From the NCBI GenBank assembly GCA_964426185.1, contig CAYRPF010000003.1:1-32000 (forward strand): 32,000 nucleotides of DNA. The letters run 5' to 3'. The position numbers were made by a program, and so were the translations under genes. Below are positions 17,541 through 26,625 of this stretch, one piece after another. The stretch is from an uncultured archaeon (lineage in GTDB: Archaea; Asgardarchaeota; Lokiarchaeia; Sigyniarchaeales; Promethearchaeaceae). Position 1 is the first letter of the stretch. Each line of letters opens with the position of its first letter. The notes under the pieces were generated by a model. It did not search any database. It had not been told where the DNA came from and saw only the letters and a list, made by a program, of their open reading frames with translations.

Positions 17541-19397
17541 ATGATTAAGCAAATAGATAAATCCAACAATTTACCTTCAAAAATTTCCACTATAAGCAGC
17601 ATTAGGATGATATTTTCTTATGCACTATTGAAAAAGAAGGAATTCATTCTCATGCTCCTTTTTATGGGGCTTGGAATTACTTTTATGATGATATCACCCC
17701 AAATATCACGTCGAGTGATCAATATCTTAGAAAATAACGATAGTAATACTTCGGTCAATGACATCTTATTACCCATCGGTTTGGGTGTTTTAATCTCTTT
17801 AGTAGGTGCCATTGTTTTAGGTATTGGAAGATATTTTTCCGCCATAGTGGGGACTGAAGCCCAGTATAACATAAGGAAAAGCGTATACAATGCTATCAAT
17901 CGTCAAACATTTTCCTTTTTTAATAAAGCAGAGACAGGAGATTTGGTAGCTAGGGCTACCTCGGATATCGAAATGACCACACCTGTATTCAACCAAGGGA
18001 TCACATTAGGATTTCAGTCTATAATCATGATGATTGGTGTGGTTGTGGGAATTTCAATCACCTTTCCTTCGATTTCGTGGATTATCTTGTTAGCAGTGGG
18101 ATTATTCCTTTTGGCAATTTCTTTCTGTGCCAAACGAATGCAGATTGCCTATGTAAAATCGCGTAAAACTTTTGGGAATCTCACCACAGTTTTTCGAGAA
18201 AATATTATTGGGGCTCAAGTAGTGCGCATTTTCAATAGTCAAGAAAAAGAAATCAAAAAATTCCGAAAAGAAAATGCTGATTTCAAGGATTATACCATCG
18301 AAGCCATTAAATGGTCTACTATTTTACGATATTCTGGATGGATCATGTTGGCAGTTATGTCGAGTTTTGTTTTGATAATTGGTGGTTGGCAAGCTTATGT
18401 TGCTTATCAAAATCAAGACCTTTCTTTTGATTTGGGGAGATTTATCGCAATGTTGATGTATATTTCCATGTTAGGAATGCCCATTAATCAAGTTAATAAT
18501 GTGGTAATGAATTTTGTCCAAGCTAATGCAGCGATGATACGCGTTAAAGAAGTTCTTGATGCAATGCCTGAAATTATGGAAGATACCAATGCAATTTCTG
18601 CTGAAAATATCCGTGGAGATGTTGAATTCCGCAACGTCAATTTTGGTTATACGTCGACTTTGGTTCTAAAGAACATAAATCTAAAAGTTGAGGCAGGAAC
18701 AACCATTGCGCTTTTAGGGACAACTGGTTCTGGTAAATCAACTTTAATCTCATTACTCCCTCGTTTTTATGATGTAGTGAATGGAGAACTGTTAATTGAT
18801 GGAGTAAATATCAAAAAATATAAAATTGAAGAACTCCGTAAACAGATAGCTGTGTGTTCACAGAATATCTTTCTATTTAATATTTCCATTGCAGATAATA
18901 TCCGATACGGCCGTCCGGATGCATCCATGAACGAAGTTATTCAAGCGGCTAAAGATGCTAATATTCATGAATTTATCGAGAGTTTACCCGACAAATACGA
19001 TACTTTAGTGGGCGAACGAGGAATATCTCTTTCAGGTGGTCAAAAGCAACGTGTTGCTATTGCCAGAGCTTTGATAATCAAACCGAAAATTCTCATTTTG
19101 GACGATAGTACTTCTAGTGTAGATGTAACTACTGAATATCAAATTCAAAAAGCTTTGGAAACGGTCATGCGGGGTAGAACCACTTTTATCATTACTCAAC
19201 GGTTATCCACTATCCGCAATGCCGACCGAATAGTGGTTATGGACCAGGGCAGAATAGTAGGCATGGGAAAACATGAAGAACTGTATGAGGAAAATGCCAT
19301 CTATACTCAAATTTATCAAACTTTATTTACCAAACAGAAACCGTTAGAAACTGAACCCATTCCATCAGAAATTACACGAACAGTAGGAGGTCATTAA
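17541..19397 (+). CDS. ABC exporter half-transporter (TMD+NBD), subunit A
   Basis: TM domain, Walker A GTTGSGKS, LSGGQKQR, non-canonical Walker B ILDDS and switch TQR (degenerate site typical of heterodimeric exporters). Confidence 0.95.
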   Translation: MIKQIDKSNNLPSKISTISSIRMIFSYALLKKKEFILMLLFMGLGITFMMISPQISRRVINILENNDSNTSVNDILLPIGLGVLISLVGAIVLGIGRYFSAIVGTEAQYNIRKSVYNAINRQTFSFFNKAETGDLVARATSDIEMTTPVFNQGITLGFQSIIMMIGVVVGISITFPSISWIILLAVGLFLLAISFCAKRMQIAYVKSRKTFGNLTTVFRENIIGAQVVRIFNSQEKEIKKFRKENADFKDYTIEAIKWSTILRYSGWIMLAVMSSFVLIIGGWQAYVAYQNQDLSFDLGRFIAMLMYISMLGMPINQVNNVVMNFVQANAAMIRVKEVLDAMPEIMEDTNAISAENIRGDVEFRNVNFGYTSTLVLKNINLKVEAGTTIALLGTTGSGKSTLISLLPRFYDVVNGELLIDGVNIKKYKIEELRKQIAVCSQNIFLFNISIADNIRYGRPDASMNEVIQAAKDANIHEFIESLPDKYDTLVGERGISLSGGQKQRVAIARALIIKPKILILDDSTSSVDVTTEYQIQKALETVMRGRTTFIITQRLSTIRNADRIVVMDQGRIVGMGKHEELYEENAIYTQIYQTLFTKQKPLETEPIPSEITRTVGGH

Positions 19398-19398
19398 A

Positions 19399-21708
19399 TT
19401 GGCGCATCGAAGAAGAATGATTTTAGAAAAAACCAGTCGTTATGTAGACGATAAAACCTTATGGAAATGGATGTTGTCATATTTAAGGGCAAATTTCGGT
19501 GCATTCGTAATTATCATCTTTGGAATGTTTATTTTTACTGGAATGCAGGCTATTCTTCCAATGCTACAACAGAGGTTGATTGATGATGGAATTTTAAAAA
19601 GTAATGAAACAGTAGTAATTTCAATTTTAGTGATATATACCAGCTTTCGGATACTTTCAAGCATAGGAAATGGATTTTCGGAGTATATTCTGGCTAAAAT
19701 TGGAACTAATGTGGTTTATCGAGTTAGACAAGATTTATTTATTAACCTGCAAAAAACTTCCATGGATTATTTTGATAAGGTGCACAGTGGAGATATAATA
19801 AGTACGGTTACCAACGATGTCGATCAATTAAATATGGTATTTGGCGGTCAATTGGCAACATTGTTAACAGATATGTTTCGAGGTATAATGGTGTTAATTT
19901 TAATGTTCATTATGAACTGGGAATTAACGATCGTAGCATTACTATTAGTTCCCTTGTTATTTTTACTATCGCGCATCTTTATCAAAAATGTACGCAGTAT
20001 GTTCAAAACCACTCGGAAAAAACTTTCTCAAGTAACTAGTGTCGCAGAACAAAATATTTCGGGAATGAAGGTAATTCAATCCTACGGTAAACAACGAGAG
20101 GCTGCCGAGGAATTTGATAAGGCTAATCGGGCGAATCAAGAAGCATTTCTGCGGGTACGTAGGATAATGTCGTTTCTTTTTCCCCTATTTTTCTTCGTAT
20201 CGAGTATCATGGTTGCTATTGTAATGCTATACAGTGGAAGCGCTTACTTGAAGGGGATTGGATTTTTAGGTTCTACAATTACTTTAGGTATGGTGTCATC
20301 ATTTTCGAATTATTTGAATCAATTGATGATGCCAATCATGATGATTGCGTTTTTTACCCAACAGATGCAATCTACCCTTGCAGCAGCGGAACGTGTATAT
20401 TTATTGCTACATGAAGAAAACGAAATTTCAGATCCCCTCAATCCGGTTGAGCTATCTGAAATTAAAGGGAAAATCGCTTTTAATGAGGTAACATTTGCAT
20501 ATAGTAAACGAAAAGCTAAAAAACCCATCAAAGTAATTGATCCAATGGCTTCCTCCCGAAAGAAGAACAAAATGCGAAATAAAAATGGCAAAAACCAGAA
20601 AAAGAAAGCTTTAACCCAAAAAATTTCAAATGGAGACCTTAATTCAAAACCCCCTTCTATTACAGCTCCCCCCACCCAAAAGTTTCCATCCATTTATGAA
20701 CAGTTTTTAGCAAATCCTGATCTCTACTTAAAACTGGCACGCCAACTTGATTCTCAGCTAAAAGGAGAAAATTTCGCTCCCAAGCTTTCATCGGGTGGAG
20801 ATGGAGGGGGAAACATGAATACGGGAAATTCAGCGATGAACGGGGAAAATTCAGGCCAAATGTCGCTCGATAATATCCCACGGACAAAAATTCTTGAAAT
20901 TTTGGGATCTCCACGCGTTCCACCCGAAATTTTCGAGCAGTTTTCTCCCACTGTTCAAGCTTTGATTCAAGAAGATCGTTTGATCCAAGAATATAAGGCA
21001 CATACTGGGAATGTAATTGAAAATTTTTCTCTAAAAATTGATGCAGGTAAGACAGTGGCCATAGTAGGACCCACTGGAGCGGGAAAAAGCACATTAATTA
21101 AGTTAATTACCCGGTTTTACGATTTAAAGGAAAATCACGGTGAAATTTCCTTAGAAGGGATAAATATCAAAAATTTAAGGAAAGCAGATTTACGTCAAAG
21201 CATTGGAATGGTTCCTCAAGATAGTTTTCTTTTCAACGGTACTATTTTAGATAATCTTTATTACGGAGTTCCAGATGATGTACCTCACGTGGTTGATGAA
21301 AAAGTATTGTCAATTACCCAATTTTTAGGTTTGGATAATTTTATCCGTGAAATGCCAGAAAAATATGATACCCAATTAATTGAGAATGCAAGTAATCTTT
21401 CTGTAGGGCAGCGCCAATTAATTGCATTCGCACGAGTATTGATGGTTAATCCCGAGATCTTAATTCTTGATGAAGCTACCAGTTCTGTCGACCCTTACAC
21501 AGAAACCTTAATCCAAGAGGCTTTGGAAAAGGCGAAACAAGGACGCACAACCATTATAATTGCCCATAGATTATCGACTATTAAGAATGCGGATGAAATA
21601 TTTGTTATAGACAAAGGAAAGCTGGTGGAGCATGGAAATCACCAAACTCTGATGCAAAAACAAGGTCATTATGCAAAATTAGTCGAAATGCAAGCTAAAG
21701 GGCTTTAA
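19399..21708 (+). CDS. ABC exporter half-transporter (TMD+NBD), subunit B, with ~165-aa insertion
   Basis: Walker A GPTGAGKS, LSVGQRQ, ILDEA, AHR. TTG start 1 bp after the upstream stop, with GGAGGT RBS inside the upstream gene. Confidence 0.95.
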   Translation: MAHRRRMILEKTSRYVDDKTLWKWMLSYLRANFGAFVIIIFGMFIFTGMQAILPMLQQRLIDDGILKSNETVVISILVIYTSFRILSSIGNGFSEYILAKIGTNVVYRVRQDLFINLQKTSMDYFDKVHSGDIISTVTNDVDQLNMVFGGQLATLLTDMFRGIMVLILMFIMNWELTIVALLLVPLLFLLSRIFIKNVRSMFKTTRKKLSQVTSVAEQNISGMKVIQSYGKQREAAEEFDKANRANQEAFLRVRRIMSFLFPLFFFVSSIMVAIVMLYSGSAYLKGIGFLGSTITLGMVSSFSNYLNQLMMPIMMIAFFTQQMQSTLAAAERVYLLLHEENEISDPLNPVELSEIKGKIAFNEVTFAYSKRKAKKPIKVIDPMASSRKKNKMRNKNGKNQKKKALTQKISNGDLNSKPPSITAPPTQKFPSIYEQFLANPDLYLKLARQLDSQLKGENFAPKLSSGGDGGGNMNTGNSAMNGENSGQMSLDNIPRTKILEILGSPRVPPEIFEQFSPTVQALIQEDRLIQEYKAHTGNVIENFSLKIDAGKTVAIVGPTGAGKSTLIKLITRFYDLKENHGEISLEGINIKNLRKADLRQSIGMVPQDSFLFNGTILDNLYYGVPDDVPHVVDEKVLSITQFLGLDNFIREMPEKYDTQLIENASNLSVGQRQLIAFARVLMVNPEILILDEATSSVDPYTETLIQEALEKAKQGRTTIIIAHRLSTIKNADEIFVIDKGKLVEHGNHQTLMQKQGHYAKLVEMQAKGL

Positions 21709-21797
21709 TTTTTCTTTTTTTTATAATTTTATTGAAATTTAGGCATTTACCAAATATTAGAATCAAACTTATTAAAAAAGAATAAAACATTAAAAAA

Positions 21798-22889
21798 TCA
21801 AAATAATAGGTCAATCGGTTGGGAGATTGCCTTATACAATACTTTAACCACCATTTCAACATCTTCAACATAATTCTGGGCGAGTGGTGAATGTATATAG
21901 CGACAAGGCACGGATACGCAAGCAGCTGGAATTCCTTTATTTAATGTGTGAAAAGCACCAGCATTGGTACCACCAAAAGTGGGAAGTTTGTATTGAAACG
22001 GAATTTGCAAATCTTGGGCCGTTTGTTGAAGATATTTCAACAGTTTGGCATGATATATCGTTCCGTGATCTGCTGCAGAAAATGCGGGCCCATGCAGGCA
22101 CTTGGTTGGGCATTTATCTGCAGAAACCCCTGGCACATCTGCAGCTATAGTATTTTCAATAGCAATTCCAATATCAGGATTTAGACTGTGTGCGGCAACT
22201 TTTGCCCCTCTTGCTCCAACCTCTTCTGCAATGGTGAATGCAAAACAAATAGTATTTTCAATTGGTTCCGCTTCACTAAGTAGTTTGGCAACTTGAAGTA
22301 ATACATTACAGCCTGTCCTATCATCAAATGCTCGACCGCGCATAATTCCCAAATTCGGCAGATATTCGAAATCTGCAGCCAAAACGCCGGCAGATCCTAT
22401 ATCAATACCCATTTTCTGAACTTCTTCGTGTGATTGAGCGCCGATATCAATAAATAGATCCATAAAATTCGGACTTTTTTCTCGCTCTGCTTGTGAGGTG
22501 ATATGGGGTGGTGGCATTCCGATAATTCCTGTTATTTTTTCACCTTTTTCGTTCAGTATTTCTACTTTACTGCCTGGATACAATCGTGGATCAATACCTC
22601 CTAACGGAGAAAACCTTAAAAAACCTTGTTCATCAATGAACCGAATCATAAAGCCGACTTCATCCATGTGGGCATCAAGCATAATTCGTTGGCCTTTAGG
22701 ATTTGAACCGGGTTTTTCTGCTAAAACATTTCCCAAGGGGTCAATCCAGACTTTTTCCACAAATTTCTTCATCTCGCTATAAATCAAATTTCTGACTGCT
22801 TCTTCCCGTCCAGAAACACCGATTGATGAAGTTAGACTGCGTTGCAACGCTACTATATTCTCATGTAAAATATTTTCGGAATCAAGCAT
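21798..22889 (-). CDS. M42 family (TET-like) aminopeptidase
   Basis: GVSGREE, DAHMDEVG, AFDDRTG, EEVGARGA, GGTNA, RYIHSP. Confidence 0.95.
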   Translation of the reverse strand: MLDSENILHENIVALQRSLTSSIGVSGREEAVRNLIYSEMKKFVEKVWIDPLGNVLAEKPGSNPKGQRIMLDAHMDEVGFMIRFIDEQGFLRFSPLGGIDPRLYPGSKVEILNEKGEKITGIIGMPPPHITSQAEREKSPNFMDLFIDIGAQSHEEVQKMGIDIGSAGVLAADFEYLPNLGIMRGRAFDDRTGCNVLLQVAKLLSEAEPIENTICFAFTIAEEVGARGAKVAAHSLNPDIGIAIENTIAADVPGVSADKCPTKCLHGPAFSAADHGTIYHAKLLKYLQQTAQDLQIPFQYKLPTFGGTNAGAFHTLNKGIPAACVSVPCRYIHSPLAQNYVEDVEMVVKVLYKAISQPIDLLF

Positions 22890-22913
22890 ATTTTGAATAG
22901 ATGCGAGTTGGAG

Positions 22914-23687
22914 TTAAAGATTTGGATCTTCCAACAACCGGTTGAGTTCACCCAAATTTGGAATGTCTTGAGCGATTTGCCTTTCAATCCGTGATATCAT
23001 CCGATTTCTTTTTGACCAGATAATTATTTGCTCGATCTCAAATAATAAATAAACAAAACAAAGTAAAGCGCTTAAACGCAAGAGGATTTTGTAAATACGG
23101 AAGACTACCAGAAAATTCGGGGCATGTGGAAGCTGTATATAATGTCTGTAGATGAAAAAGAAATATCCCAACAACAAAATAGTGATAAACATCAAGATAC
23201 GAATGAATTTAATTTGGTTTATGATATGATATTGGGAGCGGGTTAATGAAGTGTGTGATATACGCTGGGACATCCTATTCCATTTAAATATAACAACAAA
23301 TTGAATGATTGCTAATCCACTGATAAGTAAAAGTATAATGAAAATACCAATGAAGCGTAAAAGATGAACCCGTTCTAAGATAAAATTCATTCTTCGAGCA
23401 AGACGATAGATGACAAATTCGATAATTAGGGTTAGTAGGGTAAATATCGCTCCAATAACTTGAATAACTTCGGTCTTTTTAGTTACCTTTTGATATTGTA
23501 AAGATATTTGTTGGTATCCCGGATTTGCTGATGGAGCAGGAAAATAAGTATTTACATCTTGTTGATCTCCATAATCATCAGAACCTCTTGGATTTCGCTG
23601 TTCTCGAGAAAAATTTGGCGATTCCGGATTATTTGGCGATTCTGGATTATTTGGATTGTTTATCATATTTGGATCTGAATTATTCAT
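22914..23687 (-). CDS. 4-TM membrane protein with Asn/Pro-rich N-terminal tail
   Basis: ~70-aa low-complexity N-terminus followed by four hydrophobic segments. Confidence 0.8.
   Translation of the reverse strand: MNNSDPNMINNPNNPESPNNPESPNFSREQRNPRGSDDYGDQQDVNTYFPAPSANPGYQQISLQYQKVTKKTEVIQVIGAIFTLLTLIIEFVIYRLARRMNFILERVHLLRFIGIFIILLLISGLAIIQFVVIFKWNRMSQRISHTSLTRSQYHIINQIKFIRILMFITILLLGYFFFIYRHYIQLPHAPNFLVVFRIYKILLRLSALLCFVYLLFEIEQIIIWSKRNRMISRIERQIAQDIPNLGELNRLLEDPNL
23613..23654. repeat. In-frame 18-bp tandem repeat (NNPESP x2)
   Basis: ATTTGGCGATTCCGGATT / ATTTGGCGATTCTGGATT / ATTTGG. Confidence 0.8.
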
Positions 23688-23712
23688 TATATCTGCTCCT
23701 TTATGGTTGATT

Positions 23713-24003
23713 TTATACTTCTAATTCATTTGACAGCTGCATAAACCACGCAAAGCGCTGTTTTCCTTTTGGGGTTATTCTTATACGCATTCTAATGCGT
23801 TCTTTACCCCATTTTTCTTCTTTTACTGAAATATAACCTGCGGAAACCAATTGCTCGATATATTTTTCACCTATGGTTGTTTTGATCCTTACATTTTTGT
23901 AGATTTGAGTTTTAACCATGCCGTCTGGTTCAGACTTCAGTAATTCTTCCAAAATGGACTGAATCAACATTACAGCGGATCGATATTTACGGGTGGAGGG
24001 CAT
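23713..24003 (-). CDS. Small archaeal winged-helix DNA-binding protein
   Basis: RS...I..IL......KTQI......YIEQLVSAGYI...ITPKG pattern of small archaeal wHTH proteins. Confidence 0.85.
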   Translation of the reverse strand: MPSTRKYRSAVMLIQSILEELLKSEPDGMVKTQIYKNVRIKTTIGEKYIEQLVSAGYISVKEEKWGKERIRMRIRITPKGKQRFAWFMQLSNELEV

Positions 24004-24105
24004 GGAACATCATTCTACTTATGTAATGGTTTTTTAAATATTTTAACTCTGAGGAACCTTTGGTGCTATGAATTAATATCATATCTTTTTATTTATTCTT
24101 TTATC

Positions 24106-24645
24106 CTAGGTAATGGCTCTTAACAGATCCCACAGTTGATTTACCCATGGAATTTTCTTTTTCTCAAAAAATTCGATTAATCTGCGATAATTTGCAAGAA
24201 TTTCTTCCTTGGAGGCGTTAAAATGGGTAAAAATTTCATCTCCCAACTGTTGCCACCAAGATACAATATCTTGGAGATTATGATATTTATCCGCAGCTGA
24301 TACCCTAATGGCGTTTATTGATGCTTTTGTGGTTAAATGCTTAAAATATCGATCTTTCCGTTCCTTCCAAGGTAATTTTTTATCGGTTTGGCTCACATCC
24401 ATAACAATCTGAGTAATTTCTTCGCCGAATTTTTTCCGTAATTGATCAAATGTAACAGGTGTATCTTCTGCTACATCATGTAAAATGGCGGCAATAATCA
24501 AAGATTTATCAGAGTAATAATCGGCCAACAAACCCGCAACTGCGAGTGGATGAACAATAAATGGATCACCATCGAGTTTTCGGTCCTGACCTCGGTGAGC
24601 TTTATTGGCAAATTCGATAGCAGAATATATTGATAATGAGTGCAC
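24106..24645 (-). CDS. HD-domain hydrolase, SpoT/Mesh1 (small alarmone hydrolase)-like
   Basis: AH.GQ.RK..G.PFIVHPLAVA, AAILHDVAEDT, ADKYHN; no synthetase domain. Confidence 0.88.
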   Translation of the reverse strand: MHSLSIYSAIEFANKAHRGQDRKLDGDPFIVHPLAVAGLLADYYSDKSLIIAAILHDVAEDTPVTFDQLRKKFGEEITQIVMDVSQTDKKLPWKERKDRYFKHLTTKASINAIRVSAADKYHNLQDIVSWWQQLGDEIFTHFNASKEEILANYRRLIEFFEKKKIPWVNQLWDLLRAIT

Positions 24646-24662
24646 ATTTTTTACTATGATTG

Positions 24663-24684
24663 AATAGAAATATTAATTTCTATT
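24663..24684. promoter_or_regulatory. Palindrome upstream of the HD hydrolase gene
   Basis: AATAGAAAT-ATTA-ATTTCTATT lying between a TATA-like box (~24691-24698, minus strand) and the start codon. Confidence 0.4.
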
Positions 24685-24837
24685 TTGAACCTTTTAAATT
24701 CTGTTAGAGTACCTTTGGTATGCAACAACTTAAAAACAAAGACTAAGATGAAAATTATAGAACGAAAACTTCGTTTGTATTTTATTGTAAATTTCACGTA
24801 TTACTAATATTAGAAAAATCAATGGTGAAATAAAAGA

Positions 24838-26463
24838 ATGAAAAAAAAAACTATTCTAACTTCCGGAGCACTTTTAATGTTGCTTTTGTTCTCTGGGGCA
24901 TCTTCTGTCTTGGCTGTTGGAAATTATTCCGTTTCGGAAAGAATTGGCCACAATTTTACCGAAGAAAGCTGGGCAATTCGATATGATGTGCTCAGTCAAA
25001 AATTAGTTGAAGATCTCACACCAGGAAATTATTCTGGAGACTTGAATGAAGAAATTCCCGACCAAGCCCCGAATAGGGATGCAATTTTCTATATCGCTTA
25101 TATGAATTTAGGCCAAGTACAAACGATCTATATGGCCTTTGACAGTTTCTCCAACGACAATCGAAACATGACTTACTATGGAGTATCCCCATATCAAATT
25201 ATTCAACAACACTACCGTACCGGCGCGGGAAAACACGTAATCGTACAGAATGCATTTACCGGACTGGTGGCATATAAAGAAAACGGAACATTGAACGGAG
25301 TTCCTGATAGAAATGAGAGCCTTTATTTTGGAGATTCGTTTAATAACCAGCTTTACAAATTCTACTTAAATCGATTGTTGGTATGGACTTTAGGTTATTT
25401 TCCATTTGATATGGAAAAAACTCCCAGTGCTACCCCCAAAGTCTTGACTCGCACTGAAACGACTGATGGTTTCGAATATAAATTCGGAATGGATTATAGT
25501 GATTTATTTATTGTATGGTACCCTGTAGATCTACCAGACGATATTAATGAACTTCAAACCGGTGATTCGATTCTTGGACGAGTGGTTGCATTCTCAGAAC
25601 TTTCTTATCTAAACTTCACTTATACATTATCCGGAGCTCTTGTTGAAGATAAACCTGTTAACGTCACACTTACCACCGAGTATGATATTGGCCCGATTAC
25701 GGATTTATGGATTGTGAATGATCCACAAGATAAGACTGAAGCGTTTGGTGGGGATTATTATAATCCTTTATTCACCGATAAAGATATTTCTCACTATAAT
25801 ACCAGTGAAAGTATAACAGAACGACTTTCTGGAACAGAAGATATCCCCGGATTTAGCTTAGCAGTGTCTAACTATGCTCGAATAATAAATATTGAAGCCA
25901 CAGTTGAAGATGCATACAACACTGAAGTAATTGACAATAACGGAACCGTGGTTGATGGAGAACAAGCAAATGAAAATGTGACTGCATTGGAACTAAGAAC
26001 TGCCAATCAACCTGCATATAAGATTGATTTTGCCAGCAAACCCGATTATACATTAAATGATGAAAATATTTATGATGCGCCTGTTAAGCTCTTTCCTTTT
26101 GCACGTATTAGAAATCCCATTTTTAACAAATTAGATGCATTTGCATTTATTTATTTGAATGGAATGACTCGTTCCATGATTGAGGCCCGAATTCAAATGG
26201 CAAAAGAGAAATTCTCCCTAGATGACAAACAGCTTACAGTGGATGTTTCAAGAAGAAATGTATTCTATACGATATGTTTCCCCGAATGGGGCGGCCAATC
26301 GATCTACCAAGATCCCACCTTTACAGCTTATGCTGATCCAGGTGATTTAGGTGTAGTGGGTGGAGTACTAAGTCAAATCGATGGATATGGGCTCAGCGTT
26401 ATAGGTTTAGCTGGTTTAGGTGCAACGGCGTTAATATGTAAATCATTGAAACGCAAAAAATAA
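24838..26463 (+). CDS. Secreted cell-surface glycoprotein with C-terminal membrane anchor (PGF/Loki-CTERM-like)
   Basis: Signal peptide (MKKK-hydrophobic-VLA), 11 N-x-S/T sequons, C-terminal IDGY + hydrophobic helix + KRKK. Confidence 0.85.
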   Translation: MKKKTILTSGALLMLLLFSGASSVLAVGNYSVSERIGHNFTEESWAIRYDVLSQKLVEDLTPGNYSGDLNEEIPDQAPNRDAIFYIAYMNLGQVQTIYMAFDSFSNDNRNMTYYGVSPYQIIQQHYRTGAGKHVIVQNAFTGLVAYKENGTLNGVPDRNESLYFGDSFNNQLYKFYLNRLLVWTLGYFPFDMEKTPSATPKVLTRTETTDGFEYKFGMDYSDLFIVWYPVDLPDDINELQTGDSILGRVVAFSELSYLNFTYTLSGALVEDKPVNVTLTTEYDIGPITDLWIVNDPQDKTEAFGGDYYNPLFTDKDISHYNTSESITERLSGTEDIPGFSLAVSNYARIINIEATVEDAYNTEVIDNNGTVVDGEQANENVTALELRTANQPAYKIDFASKPDYTLNDENIYDAPVKLFPFARIRNPIFNKLDAFAFIYLNGMTRSMIEARIQMAKEKFSLDDKQLTVDVSRRNVFYTICFPEWGGQSIYQDPTFTAYADPGDLGVVGGVLSQIDGYGLSVIGLAGLGATALICKSLKRKK

Positions 26464-26517
26464 CTGATTTTTTTTTCTTTTTGATATTAAATAACTGATT
26501 TTTTTTCTTTTTGATAT
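26458..26517 (+). repeat. Tandem duplication (period 31 bp) of stop codon plus T-rich terminator
   Basis: AAATAACTGA(T9)CTTTTTGATAT at 26458-26487 and AAATAACTGA(T8)CTTTTTGATAT at 26489-26517. Confidence 0.85.
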
Positions 26518-26625
26518 AATATTTTGTCTTTGCTCGTAAAAATTTTTATGAGAAATTGCCAAATAATTATAAGTATGCAAATCACATAAATAAATAAGGG
26601 GAAACAATCTTCTATGGGGGATTAG

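Noticed and set aside
20506-21012. ABC insertion as an intein or intron
   Set aside because: No C-terminal His-Asn followed by Cys/Ser/Thr, no LAGLIDADG motif and no evident bulge-helix-bulge; it is low-complexity and in frame.
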